A stretch of DNA of 63,230 bases, filler included, from Bipalium vagum (GCA_037834085.1; 3 parts of 3 records of this genome joined end to end with filler, not necessarily neighbours in it), one strand, 5' to 3'. Counted from the first letter of the whole stretch, positions 38,216-52,140 are shown. Translations and numbers: made by a program. The notes: generated by a model from the sequence alone, not told the origin.

Positions 38216-40820
38216 GATTGTTTCCTCTGAGTCCCATTCTGCTACCCAACAACACCTTCGACGTAACCGACGCCGCTGTAAGGGTAAGAGACGTGATGCC
38301 CAGTCAAAACCTCCTATGCATACGACCTCGTCTAATCTTGAGTCTCTACTTATCTCCTGTCCAAATGGCTCTTCCTCCGGCCGCACGGTGACTATCAGAA
38401 GCGGCCCTAAAAACTCTCCGAAGAGTGCATCTCGTGAATTTATCCCCACCTGGTTTCCGCTGTCTTCGGCCCCTTCTCCTTCATCTGTAACTCGGCCTTC
38501 CACGCCTGTTAATCCTTTTCCTATTCCCTGTAAGAAACATGTATCCTTTAAGGAGTTTGTCCTGAAAGGCCCTGGGAAGCGCAACTCTCCTGTAGCGCCA
38601 CGACCCTCGGAACCAACAAGAACACCACAACCGAAGGGTCCGACTCCAACAACTGGAAAACGGATTTTACCAGTTCATGACAAAGTACAACGGTCAATGG
38701 AACAGGAGAGGGCCCTCCCTGCTGAGGACTATTTAGCAAAATTTGCCCTCAGCCCTCCTAGGAGATGGGTGAAACGTCCCCACCCTAATGACATTGCCTT
38801 AACCGCAAATCCTGGCCGCATTGTTTGCAAAGGCTTTACATGCCTCTGCGGACGGGATCCGTCACTCCACTGGCCTTCTCCGCAATCCAGTATCAATGCG
38901 GCCACGGATTTCTGATAAGAACAGTACCACTCTTTTTCCAACAAATATCTAATGTCAAATCCTTCTTCATTCCTCAATTTACGTATATTAATTATTTTGA
39001 ATGATTGAATTTAAGGAAACATATATACTCAAAATCAGCTTTGTCTAAACTTAATTTTAATTTTTAAATAATTTCGTTTTTATTTTAATTCAATTTTTGT
39101 TTTTAAAAGTTTATTAGATATAAAAAATGATTATGAGGAAAATTTATTAGATGTAAATTTTTATTATTGGTGTATTTACATAAATTTTTATTTAAATTTC
39201 ATTTTAATTTTAATTAACAATTAAATTTTATATTAATCTAAAATTTTATTTATTTGATTTCAAGTAAATATATTTATAGTTTTTTAAATAACTGTAATTT
39301 AGTATTTATTAAAAAAATCAAACACCGCAACAAATGGCACAATCTTTAATCGTTCAAGAAATCATTAAATTATATAAAGATTACAACGATTTAAAACTTA
39401 AATGCGAGAAATTGGAAAAGTAAACGGTTTCTATTTTAGTTACTTTATTATTTATTTAGTAACCAATCTTCTATTAAGTCCTTCCTTGATCGTTGCGAAT
39501 TAACTATCACTGATATTGAAAATAAAAATATCTACATCCATAAAATTTTGAAAGAACAAATTGACGAAATAAGAGTATGGCTAAACACCATAAAGAAAAT
39601 TGTGGAGGAACAAGACGAAAAAAGAGAAGACGAACAAGGAGAAACCAACAATAGGACAAGACGTAGTTAAATGTAGTTTTTAAAAACAAAAAGTTTTTGT
39701 TACTTTTTAGATTAGTACATTTTAGATTTTGTACTATATTTAAAATGTACGTTTGTTTTTACATGTTTACTTTTATTATATTTTAAAATGTACTTTTCAC
39801 AAAATATTTTTTCAACCACTTTTTAGTTTTAAAATTGAGAAAATTCATTTTTATTAAAAAAGTGGCTCAAAAGTGTGTTTTGAAAAATGAAATTTTTTTT
39901 GACTTTTTAAAATGAGAAAAATTTTGACTTTTGATTTTTTAAATTTTTGTTGTTATTTATATGTAGTTATATAAACCAGACTTTGAGGAAAGACCCCGTA
40001 TCATTAAATTTGAAAAAAATATTATTTAGAATTTTTTAGTAGTTTTTAGTACTTTTCTTGTTTTTGCGGGTAAGTAATTGTTTAAATTGATTTACTAAAA
40101 TTTCGTTTTCCATTTTTAAAGGAAAAATTTAACTTTTTAGACTTTTAAAAAATTTACTGAAAGAAAATGAAAAAACTAAAGACAACATAAATTCCACAAT
40201 ATCAATTCGATATAACGCCGAAATATCAAGACATCAATTAGATAACAATAATTCAACGTAACGCAACAACAACAGAACAATATAATAGAAAGCAGAAACG
40301 CTGTATCCTACGAATACGCACAGAAGTAATAACTAAAGTCGTAAAAACTTTCTCAAAAGAACAACGAAATTAAAACAAAATTTTATATTACATCCATTGA
40401 CAACGATAGACCTCCTACGGAATTCCAGACTCAATTGTATTTCCGCAATTAGACATTTAGTAGCAATTATAAGATAATTGACTACCACCCAAGTCGTAGT
40501 TTCATTCAGCAATTATCATCAAAGTGATATACAAATATATATAAAAGATCATAAACTGACAAAAAAGGAAAAGAAGAGAAATCAAGAGATAGATAATTCT
40601 GAGCGCGAAATTCCAGTACGAACAGAATAAAGAACTACCATCGGGACCGAATATTCAAAGCCTACTTGCAGAATTTTTATGCCCTTATTTGTAAAAGTAA
40701 ACCTTTCGTTGTTTTTTGACTTGTTACAATATTTGTAACAAAGTTTAAATAAATTATTTTACTGTTTATCATTAATATTTGTCTTAAAGTTGTAAAGTTA
40801 TATAAGTAGTTGTGAAATAA

Positions 40821-40930
40821 TTGATTAACATTATTATAGTTTTATTTAAATACTCTCCTAGCTTGATTAACATTATTGTAGTTTTATTTAAATACTCTCC
40901 TAGCTTATAACCGAAGGTCTATAAGACTAG
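40821..40930. repeat. 42-bp tandem duplication followed by an imperfect hairpin
   Basis: Units are 40821-40862 and 40863-40904. CTAGCTTATAACCGAAGGTCTATAAGACTAG lies at 40900-40930. Confidence 0.85.
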
Positions 40931-41379
40931 AATCGATTTCAAAATTAATTAATATATATTTTTTATATCTATATAATAAAGGTCAGGACCTGAGGATCAT
41001 TTAATTTTTTTATTCCTGTCCCTTATACTTTTTATTTTTTTTACTGTTCATATTTCACACTCTAAGTAAGGCGGTGAGATATAATTTTATTCTTTATTGA
41101 GGACCTCTGAGCCTAAGTGCGAGAGGATTTTTCGTAATTAATAATTATAATTAATAAACTTATCTACTATCAGTCAAAGTCGATATCACGCATCGTTATT
41201 CATTTTTTTAACTTTATTCGATTCAATAAAAGTATTAAAATTGATATCGTTTTCTCAGTTGATATAATTAATTACCACATCGAACACAGACTAAAGCAAC
41301 CTTCAACCATTAGGACCTAAGATATTGCTAAGCTCCAACCTTATCATCATTTATTCACCCAATTTAGGATCTTAACAGA

Positions 41380-42117
41380 AGTTAAGAAAAATGGAGTAGA
41401 CTATAAGGGCTTTCCATCGAGGCCACCAAATAGGGTAGGAAGGTTACGGCAGTAAACGAAGAAGGATGGACTGTCGTAGGCCCCAATGGAATAAAAAGAA
41501 AAATTCCAAATTCTCAACCAATGATCAACAATTCAAAAGGAAAAACACCGCCAGATCTACTCAAAAACCGAAGGAAAACCCAAAGCCGAATAATATCACT
41601 GAAAAACATCCAACTCATTTCCAGCCATACTCTACTCCAATTGTACCAAATTCAGAACCGACTGTGCCACCTCCAACCTAAAATACTAAGTGTTCCAACT
41701 CACAAACCAAATAATAGCAAGACGGCACCAAATTACAACATTCCAAAATATAGCCGTTTAAATTGTCCAAGGCCAGATCTCATTGGACAAAAACGTTGGA
41801 TCTCTGCAGCGGGGAAACCGATCCATGGCAAAAATTCACACATGTATTGGGCCACCTACCGAGAAGTCACTGTCACCAGAAAGAACATGCCCCTCCTCGT
41901 TCATTACCGATACAACCCCGATATGGAATCCGGCAAAATAGTGGACTTTGTCTTCACCCCACCGCAAAAAATTGAAAATAAGTCAACTGAAAATTCTAAC
42001 ACACTTCATGGCCCACAGCCAAATACAAAACAAGGCCACAAGCCACCACAGAAAGGCCCACAGCCACACACAGCTCCGAACCCATCAGACTCAATTACTC
42101 AACCAAACTCTTTATAA
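41380..42117 (+). mobile_element. Utopia-like copy F fragment (N-terminal conserved domain)
   Basis: EEGWTVV and PTHKPNNSKTAPNYN...CPRPDLIGQKRW...YRYNPDME. The GPQP repeats match copy A. Confidence 0.88.
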
Positions 42118-42418
42118 ACGCAAATTTCCACGTTTTCCTGTTTTTTGAACATGTATGCATAACACTTTCGTCGACGTCATCTGAAAATCGATAAATATCA
42201 CTATATATGGAATTTTTTGGATAAAAAAGGTTTTCTTATTCTTATTTCGAAAACAAATGTCAATCTGGTTGCAGAAAATGATTTTTCTAAATACAACAAT
42301 AAAAACGTCACTTTTTCACTTTTTTTCGTCAAATATTCATTTTTCAAATGTGAAATAAAAAACCCCTAAACATGGCTATGTCCACGGCATGTTCCGCGCT
42401 AGCACCCTCCTCTTTTTT

Positions 42419-42453
42419 ATCGCTTCTTCTTCATAGCTATGATCAAAAGTGTA
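42419..42453 (+). ncRNA. U2: U2 snRNA 5' end (to the branch-point recognition sequence), interrupted by the element
   Basis: ATCGCTTCTTCTTCATAGCTATGATCAAAAGTGTA versus U2 ATCGCTTCT...GCTAAGATCAA(A)GTGTAG. Stem I has a small deletion. Confidence 0.85.
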
Positions 42454-43293
42454 AGATCCCAATAAAGCCAATGAATTTCGTTTTGCTGCTATGAAATACA
42501 AATTAGCCAAACTTGAAAATATGGAAATTTTCAACTGCTAATCCAACCAAGATTATGCCCCAATCAGTGGATCTTTTTTTTACCGCCCGATGACTGGGCT
42601 ATGCCCCAGCATAGCTGGGATGGAAAATTTTCCGAAAATTCTCGATCCGGAAAAATCATCCACATGTGGGTTTTATCCATTGCTAAGGGAGTTTTACCAC
42701 ATGTAAAATATGGTAATTGTCTTAAATTTGCCAGCATTACGCCGTTTCCTTGCTTAAGGATGGAAAGCATCTCACCAATTCCTGTGGCTCGGCCACTCCC
42801 ATCCGACCCGATGTGTCTGATGATCAATTCCAAGATTCCGTGGCACAGTCTGCGACGCGTTCCCAATGCCCTTGATGCACTGGTTGCCCTATGGACCTCA
42901 CCTAGGGCCAAAGGTGACTTTTCCACAAACTTTTTCATTATTACTGAACTTGACAATGATTATAACCTATTATTTGTGTATATTGGTATATTGTATGCTT
43001 TGGTATTTAAGTGTATTGCCTTTCCGTCTCATAAACTCGGCCCTTTTGGTCAAAATCTCAAATTTTATCCTTATTATAAGTTTTATGAGGCTCCCCACCC
43101 AACTTCTACTTATCTTTTTTACTCCTTTATCTCCACCACCCATTTTTTGGCTGCTGACTCCCTTGTATTACCCCAACATCCTCCTAAAATAACATCGTCC
43201 ATCTCTTCTTCCTTTTCTTATTCTGAATATCAACTTTTTTATATCTTTAAAAATTTGCCGGCAATGGGGAGCCTCAATACATTTGATTTTTAA
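42454..43293 (+). mobile_element. 5' end of Utopia-like copy G
   Basis: ISG.F..PDDWAMPQ.S and MW.LS.AKGVLPHVK.GN are shared with the 5' ORF of copy D. Confidence 0.85.
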
Positions 43294-43602
43294 AATCAAT
43301 GTATATCTTTATTATTACTTTTTAAATTACAATTATAAAGAGCTTTTGAGATGAGAACCCTGTACGTTTTTGTTTAAATCCTTCAAAGGAATAAAGCAAG
43401 TACTTATAATACTTATAAAAAAACAGAAAACCATAATCAATAGAGCAATGAAATTTAATAGGAAAAGATCGATTTTGTATCGCCTTTCTTTCCAATAATA
43501 TANNNNNNNNNNNNNNNNNNNNNNNNNNNNNNNNNNNNNNNNNNNNTTAATTAATTAANNNNNNNNNNNNNNNNNNNNNNNNNNNNNNNNNNNNNNNNNN
43601 NN

Positions 43603-46600
43603 TGGCGCCCCGGCCGACGACCGAGGTGATCTCCACCCCGCCCCTCTCGATATTCCCTGACGACTGAACTCGTCCTCCTGTTTTTCTACCCCTTCATTAG
43701 TAGAGAGAACCAGGGATCGATCGAAAATGACAAAACTGTCCTGCTCGTCTGCCGCTCCTCTCGAGAATATTATGTCATTTTCGTCTTCGTCATCGTCTTC
43801 CTTGACAATGGCAGCGGCGGAATTCTCTTCAGAAATCGACACGGAACAATCAGCCGATTTTTCCGTACAATCACTTTGGTCGTTATTGCTCTCGTCGTCG
43901 TCGAAGTCGTCATAGCCGTATTCGTTTCCAAGGAGACACAATCCGATCTGGTGGTCCCGGTCTTCCTGCCACCCCGGCGGCGGATGTTCGAACCAGGCCT
44001 GGTAGTATCTGACAATTCCGGGGTGCTCCAGGTGCGCGAACGACTGCACTTCCTTCAGCAGCCGCGCTCGGTTCTCCTCGCTATAGCGGACCCGCACTCG
44101 CTTCACCGCGTACCGGTACTGGTCCACCCGGTGCCGAGCCTCAAACACAACCCCGAACGCCCCTCGGCCCAGGCACCGCACATGCTCAAAGTCCGTCGCG
44201 TACCGAGACTCGTAATGACAATCCGGTCGACGATCGATATCATTATTGTTACTTTCATTGGCACTTGGCTCTTTGACAAATAGAGCTCTCTTTTCTGTTT
44301 CACCGTTGGTCACGGAAAGTGAAGGATGATCGGGAGACAACGATGATGCCGCCGGCGTGTGAAAGAGAGATGGCTGCTGTGGAGAGGAGCAAGCGTCGGA
44401 AAGAGATGAGGTGGATGTCGTAGTCGTCGTTGTGGAGTCTTTGAGGTAATAGGGCAGGTAAAGGTTGGAGACGATCAAATGACTGACGACCATGACCAGA
44501 CAGCCGAGTACGATCTTCTGGAACAGGAACGAGCCGTACCGGACGACGAGGGGCTCACTCGAGGGTGGGGGAAAATACTCTTCTCCCTCTGCGTCTCTCC
44601 GGTCTCCCAGACCAAACCCACCGCTGTCTCCGTTGTCTTTTCCCACAAACCACGAGTCGCTGATCGGCACCATTTCCTGTTGGAATGATAATCAATAATA
44701 ACAGATGATAATAAAAACCTTTGTTGGAGCACGGAAGAAGCCGCGCTGATGAGCTGTCAGTTCGTGACGAGTCACTCTGGACACTCTCTGTCTCTTACCG
44801 CTGAACTGGGAATCGATAACAATTCGATTGGACGACGGTGATGCAGCCGCTCCGTCTCCCTCTCTTCCGTCGTTTGTCGTTGTCAAGGGAACATAACGTG
44901 GTCTTGGTGCTCCGTAGGCACTGCCGTCTTCCAGTTGGACATACATTTGGCCTTGAAATGCACCCAGGTAAAGCGACCGCCGCACCGGACATCCCATCTC
45001 GTAAGAGATGCCGTCTCGCACTCTTCGTCCTTTGGCATCCCCTAGGCAAAACAGAAAAAGATTGAGAGAGAGATGAACCGGAATGAGAATTATGAAGAGA
45101 CGAAAGAAAGAGTGCGAGGGGAAAAGTCACTGGTGAGAGAAGAGAAGAAGAGGAGAAAAAGAATTAGAACAAGTCTCACCGAGAAAAAGTCCCAATTGCC
45201 TAACGGTTCCGCCTTCCACGAGCCAAACGCGACTAAGACTAGACGCAAATCGCTGCTTCCATAGCACCCGATTGAAAGGGGGTTTCATAATAGCCTCTAC
45301 CTCCCCGGCCTCCACTTGAAATTGCCAACGAATCGAAAGCGATGAAGACGACGCTCCTCCTTCTCCGGCGCCTCTAAAACCACCTCCACCTCTTGATCTG
45401 CCTCCATTATCGTTGCTGCTGCCATCATTGTACCCTTGATACCCATAACCGTCATCCTTGACGACCACACAACCTCTATTGGTGACCATTCCATTTCGAT
45501 TTCCGTTGCTGTTGTCATTGTCACTGTCATTATCATTGCCCTTGTTACTATTACTATTGGTCCTCGGATACGGTGACTGATGCTGCTCATGGTGATAGTA
45601 GTTGGACTGGTGTTGTTGCTGCTGGCCCTGTGATTCTCCATGGCCTTTTCCTACTCCCCCTAGTCCTCCATCGTTGTCTAAAGAAATGACTTCGTCCTGA
45701 CCAACAGAGAAGTTCCACTGCTCTAGCCCCGTATCCAGATCAACGGCACGCACAACATGGCTCATCCGACGACAAACCAAAAGTTCACATCGACCGTGAC
45801 TGTTGCCTGTAAATGAGCTTTCCTGCTGGCAACCGTCCTTTCCGCACTGATACTTGACCTGCCACAGAAATTTCGTTGTCATGACCCAGCCATACGGACA
45901 CAAACACCAGGGGGCAGAGCGTGGTCCAATAAAGAGACCAGCACAACAGTCCCAGTGACAAAAATAATTAATTGATTGATAAAAATAATTATAAAAATTT
46001 ATAATAATAAAAATAATAATAATTGATAACAATCATAGGTAATAAGACCCAGTGTGATGTTGATACTATTTTTAGTAGCACGTAAAAATCGATAATGTCT
46101 TTGGAGGTTAAGACAAAACAAGCGCCACCTATGATCAATGAAGACAGGAAATCAATCTTGCAATCGATATTGGCCAAAGGGGTTGTCGATTCAATCACGA
46201 CACCAACGACAAGAGAAAGGTAAAAGGACACACAAACACAGTGAGAGAAAGACAAACCTCGCCCGTATAAGGATTGAAACCGAAGACGCGCTGGTCCTTG
46301 CCACCGACAAGAAGAGCGTCCGAGGAGAGCTGGAACGTGGACGTGAACAGGGCGTCAGCCGTGATGGGCAGCGCTCGGAGTCCGTTGTCGTGACCATCGA
46401 TCTCGAGCATGTACAGCTGTCCTTCCAGCGACGGGATAAGGCGGAACTTCTTGTTGTCTTTGACGAACTGAAACCAAAAGTAAAAATTAGAAAATTCTTT
46501 TTTCTCTCTCTCTCTCTCTTTCGTCGACCCACCTCTAATTTACTCAAGCTCTGTGACACCAAAGGGGGGTTCTTTATCGACCAGATAACTTCTCCAGTTT

Positions 46601-46828
46601 CAACATTCACTCCCTGCAGCCGTCCGTCCACTGTGCTCACGACCAGAACTGAACTGAACGTATGTAACAAGTCCAAAACATTTATTTAGTCCAAAACATT
46701 TACTGATCATCTAACGAGATTTGCTGCTGAAGATAGTGGGTTCCACCGCAGTCCGTGCACAGCCTGAAAACCGGCACCGTAACACATAGGATGAAGAAAA
46801 AGTATGGCAAAAATTGATTCCGAGTCAT
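43603..46828 (-). CDS. EIF2AK3: PERK (eIF2-alpha kinase 3); multi-exon, kinase C-lobe missing at the assembly gap
   Basis: Signal peptide MTRNQFLPYFFFILCV. Luminal motifs VSTVDGRL, IPSLEGQLY, VRAVDLDTGLEQWNFSVG and LYLGAFQGQMYVQ. A TM segment, then SRYATDFE..CLGRGAFGVVFEA...YAVKR...LEHPGIVRYYQAWFEHPPPGWQ and an acidic insert. Confidence 0.95.
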
Positions 46829-48309
46829 GGTTTGGCTGGAAATGAAATTTGCAATGTTAATTAAAAATTAAATTCAACGTCATTTTTGGTGACCTAGAGA
46901 AAATTTAAACAACGCTGTCCTTTTTATAATTCTTTGTTTATTAAAATTGTCAAGATCGGTAATTCAATATCCATTTTTTTTGTAAAAAATTTCTTTTTTC
47001 CATTTTAAAATTAGCTCAAATAGTTTTCTTCATTGAAAAATTAACATTCCTCTACTTATTTATAAGAAACCAAAAGTTAATTATACAAACTGATTACTTC
47101 ATTCTTTTGTTCTCTGTAACATGTTTAAACTAACAAATTTTTTTATATTTATGTAAAAAAACAAACCCTTTTCAATTATTTCTAAAACACGTATAGAATC
47201 TATTATTCATGATTAATTAATTTGAAAATAATTTTTCAAAATAAAGTTAATTCAATGATTTTAATATTTATGGACTGTAAAGTTTAGTTTTAAAAAAAGT
47301 TAAAATTTTAATAAACATGTTAAGAAAGCGAACTTCAAGTTCTGTCACATACATTTTTTCAACGTTAATACATTTTATAAGAAAAACTTTTTAAGTTAAA
47401 TTATAGTAAGTTATACAATTAAAAAATTTATTTTTCATTGTATTTTAAATTGATTTTTCTCTGACACATCCAATTCATATACCATATATTTAACCATTAC
47501 TGATATTTGACTTATATTATTAAGAGATACAACCCCAATAATTTCGTTGTATTGACCTAATGACTCTTGAATGTCTTTTATGTTGATGTTGTGGACAACA
47601 TGATCCCTCTGGTCTAACATCTCCAGGTCATATCCTTTTTCATAATACACTGGTTTACAGTCAGAGAAATATATAACATTATTGTGCTATCATTTGTCTT
47701 TATTTTATCAAAAGATTTTTCTATTCATAGACACTGGGATAATGAGATAACAACCTGGATCATGCTCCTTTGATCGATTTGTAGAGGTTTGATTAAAAAT
47801 GACCCGGGGATGAATGATGTGACATTAAATCAGTGACTCAGAAAAGATTTTTGTTCTGATATACTGTGTCATAAAACCTTTCGGTGGACACCTCCATAAA
47901 ATGGGACTATTAACGAAATAACATACATCATTCTTGTATGCCAGATGGTTCTCAATTTGCACGATGATTTGATGTTGTTAGAAATGCATAAAACTATTTA
48001 AGTAAATATTTTATTAGTAGTGTATAAATGCATAAAATAGACTAACACGGAATCCTTAAAATATAAATTTAAAAGCATCATTTTTGTCCGAAATTAATAG
48101 GATGAAAATGGTGTTTTTTATTTATTTCTTAAAGCTTGGATCTCAATTTATTTCATTCATTTCTACACTAATATAGTATTTTTATAATTTTTGATTTAAC
48201 CACATAGTTTTTCATTGACAATAACAATTTTTATTTTATAAAATATATTAAAAAAAATGTCTAAATCATATTTTTGTGAGGTTTATAATAAAAGTATTTC
48301 AAAATATAA

Positions 48310-49657
48310 GAGTAAACACTTAAATACAAACATACATTTTAAAAAAGTACAAAAAAAAATTATGAAAAAATAAAATAAAAATGTCCAAAATATTTATAAA
48401 AGCAGGTAATGATATTCAATCATCAATTAAAAAAATAATTTTTAAATAAATTTACAACAGGGAAATATCCAGGAGAATTACATTTTAAATCTTTAAAACC
48501 TTTTAATAAAACAAATGCAGCAATTTACCGAACTAGGAACAAATATTGATAAATGTTTATAAAACAATAATGAAATAGTAAAAAATCCAAATATATATCC
48601 AATTCCAAAACCTAGTTTAATTCTAATATATAGAGTTGATCAAACTGCAATGAAACATGATGTTCAATAAATTAAAAGATTTACAAAATACACAAATTGC
48701 CGATGCTGAAATAATACATGAAATGAACAATATTCAAAATCCAACTCCAAGAGAGAAACTAGAAAGAGCTTTAGTAAAATTGATTATTAAGGTTAAAGTT
48801 TTATTTGGTTAGGGTTTACTAAGAACTTCTAAAACAATTGCTAACAAACCAATTTGAAAGCAAAGAAGAATTGAAACCAGAGAATAAAAACAATTAGCAA
48901 ATGAGCTTCATAAAGAGTTTAGAAAACTTAAGCAGTACCTTAAAGTTAAAGTTTTTAATAAAAATGGTATTTGGAGTGCAGACTTAAAATTTGTATCAAG
49001 AGAAAGAGAATATAAAATCATTCTAACAGTAATTGATTTATACATAAGATAAGATTTTGCTGTACCTTTAAAAAGTAAAACAGGACAATCTATAACAGAT
49101 ATATTTGATACAATATTTGGAGATTACCAAAAAAACCAGAAAAACTTTGAGTTGATAAAGGTACAGAATTTTACAAAAAAATATTTTAAGATTTTTGTGA
49201 TGATAATGAAATAGAAATTTATTCAACAGAGAATGAAAGAAAAGCTGTTATAATAGAAAGATTTAATAAAACTTTGAAGAATATGATGTTTAAAAAATTT
49301 ACGGAAAAAGGTAACAGAAAATGGTTAGCATTATTACCAAATTTATTAAATATTTATAATAATACAATTCATAGTTCAATTGGTATTTCTCCTAATTAAG
49401 CATCCAAAAACCCTGAAAAATTAAAAATTAAAAATAATGAAAATGAAACTAAAACCAAAATATCATATTAAAGATAAAGTAAGAATTTTTAAATAGAAAA
49501 ATAAATTCGAAAAATGATGTACAGCAAAATGGATTAACGAAATTATTATTATTAATGAAATTTATTTTACAAATGCAATTGTATATGGAATTTTAGATAA
49601 AAATTGGAGTATATCAGGTAGATTGATGAAAATAAATTACAAAAAACATCTTTTTAG
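48310..49657 (+). pseudogene. Decayed Maverick/Polinton PLA2-like ORF plus retroviral-type integrase
   Basis: GTNIDK...VDQTAMKHD. Then LANELHKEF...IWSADL...LTVIDLYT...VPLKSKTG...DKGTEF...KAVIIERFNKTLK...YNNTIHSSIGISP...KLQKT. Many stops. Confidence 0.88.
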
Positions 49658-50197
49658 AAAGAAAATTATTTTTTTATTCTTAACTTTCATGTTAAGTTGA
49701 TAAGATTCAAGTTCAAAATATATTTTTAATTATTTATTAATGAGTTTAACCCTCCATCTTAACAATTGATCTTTTCAAATAGTAGATTTAATTATTTTTT
49801 TAATTACATAATATTAAACTTTAGACACTATTATTGAAGAAAATTTAAGGAAGAAAAGCGTTAGAAACAATTTTTGAAAATGAAAACCAATCATGTGAAT
49901 GTTATTGAAAAAGAATAGCCCAAAATATAAAAAAGAGAAGAATTATTTGAGGAAAGGGACATTTTTGAAGTAAATGAAGAATTCAGAAATTTGAAAATAA
50001 GAGGTAACCAACCAAAAAACTCTCAAGGGAACATTGAAGACACTAATTAATTAAGAATTTATTACTAAAAGATCTTTATTGACCCTTTTAGTTAATAAAT
50101 AGATTTAAGTTTTTTAAATAAAAATATAACATTATGATACCCAATTACTTTTGGACACTATTTCCAAAGGGTGTGTTCAATAGATAAAAGTATAGAG

Positions 50198-50463
50198 CAG
50201 TGGTCTTCAACCTGGACGATATCGCCCACTAGTGGGCATTTTGAGATATTGGGTGGGCGTTAGGAAGAAGTCTTTGTCATCGAAACATCAAGCACAGGAG
50301 TCTTTCAACTACTATACTAGTTGTAGATAATGCATTCTCTTTTGCAAATAAACATTATTTGGATTTTAATAAGTTTTTAAAAGTTTGGATGAGCGATAGA
50401 TTTTTTTATAGATTGGAATGTAGCAAAAGTGGGTGTTAGGCTAAAAAAGGTTGAATACCACTG
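50198..50463. mobile_element. hAT (Charlie-type) non-autonomous element / MITE
   Basis: 16-bp TIRs CAGTGGTCTTCAACCT / AGGTTGAATACCACTG (1 mismatch) and an 8-bp TSD GTATAGAG / ATATAGAG. Confidence 0.9.
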
Positions 50464-51289
50464 ATATAGAGCATAAACAAGATTTTCTGTTGATGCCCTA
50501 TATTTTTCTCAAACTGTTTCAACTGTTGTCTAAATGAAAACAATTTCACAACTTTAAATAAAAATATTAAACAATAATAATTAATAAGTTCATCAAACAT
50601 TTTAAACTCTAAGGTAATTAAGTCTGAGAACATATTCAAAACACATTTACACACAGAAATCTTCACCTAGAAAAATCATTACCACCCAATCATAATTTTA
50701 AAATTTTATTTCTTTAAAAATATTCAGAATTAAACTCTTTATCTGCTGATACCATTTTCATCCTGATTCGATCAATATTTCTGATCCTATCATTGATTTT
50801 TAGTAATATATATTAGTAATATTTTATTTTATGCAAATTATCTACACAGTATTCTCCATCGCATTGAAGGAAATATTTAATATCTGTGTACGTTTTAAAA
50901 TGTTCTATCAGATAGAAGTAAAATAAATTACAAAATTATTTTAGTTTCGAATACACGATGATTATTCAAATTGTACATGTAGCTTAATTTAAAACAAACT
51001 AAAGTACTTGTTAAAATTTTTTGAAGAAATATTAAACTACATACAAAGATATATCAGAAAAATAATATTTGGTTCGAAAAAGTTAAAAATATTCTGTTTT
51101 ATAATTATTCAAACCTTAATATCTCTTAAACGAAGATATATATAACAAATCTGTATAAACATTGTTACAGTAAATCAACTACAATCTATCCAACGGTGTC
51201 ACCATCTTTCTTGTATGGTACGTTCTTCATTATGAAATTAAGTTATTTGATAATACAAATTTAAAAAATCTTAAATTTTTTCTATAAAA

Positions 51290-52140
51290 ATGGTTGAACT
51301 AATTGAACAAATATTACAAAACATTATTGAACTTGGTACAACAAAATAAATTACTTTTAATAGAGAAAAATATTATCTATCTAAAAAAATAATTAAAGAA
51401 CTTAGAAATAAAGTTGAAGAAACTTAGGAACAAAAAGGAGGTTGTGCACTTCTATCAATTCCAATTCTTGGAGCAATCTTTGCAGGTTTAGGTGCAGCTG
51501 GTAGAGTTGCTGAAAGAGCTGCTACATCTTTTAAAAATTGCAAAAATTTTTTTTTAAAAAACCAAAAAGTTCACAAAAAACAGATTTAGAAAAAAGAAAA
51601 TTGAAATGAATATTCATAAACTTAAATCTAAAACAGAAGTACAACTGGAGCTGGAATTTATTATGACCCTTCTTTTGGAAAAGAATTAAGAGATTCAAAT
51701 TTAAATAGTTTAGAATGTGATAAATTAGATAATTCTAAAATAAGAATTATTACAAAAACTTTGTAAAAATAAAATTAAAATAATGAAAAAAGGAAATGGT
51801 TTATACTTCTACCATTATGAAAACACTAAATTTTATTTCTAAAACTGATTTTAAATTATATTGACTTTTTATGTAAATATATAATTAATACAACTTCAAA
51901 TTTTGATTTAAAAGATATAGCTGAAGATTTAGAGATGCAAGACAGAGTCTCTAATATCAAAGATATGCCTTTAAAAGTTTTAATGAAAGATAAACTCAAA
52001 GAAAATACTTTTAATCAGAAAGTCAATCCGGAGGATTAAGCAACATAGCAGTGCCTTTAATTATTAATTATCAAAATCAACTCAAAAAGGAATTCATTGG
52101 GTTGGATATTACAATGGTTATTACTTTGATTCTTTTCAAT
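51290..52140 (+). pseudogene. Decayed Maverick/adintovirus core-protein-like ORF and adenain-like cysteine protease
   Basis: QKGG..LSIPILGAIFAGLGAAG and KKGNGLYL, followed by TSNFDL...LIINY...KGIHWVGYYNGYYFDSF (adenain His/Asp region). Confidence 0.75.

Noticed and set aside
38912-38924. CTGATAAGAACAG, the reverse complement of a canonical U2 13-mer
   Set aside because: Opposite orientation, no extension, and the local U2 tags have TCTCAG; could be chance.
47435-47990. Minus-strand SHH...VIFNQNLY resembling a Maverick packaging ATPase
   Set aside because: It needs a frameshift and no Walker A motif is visible; too weak to call.
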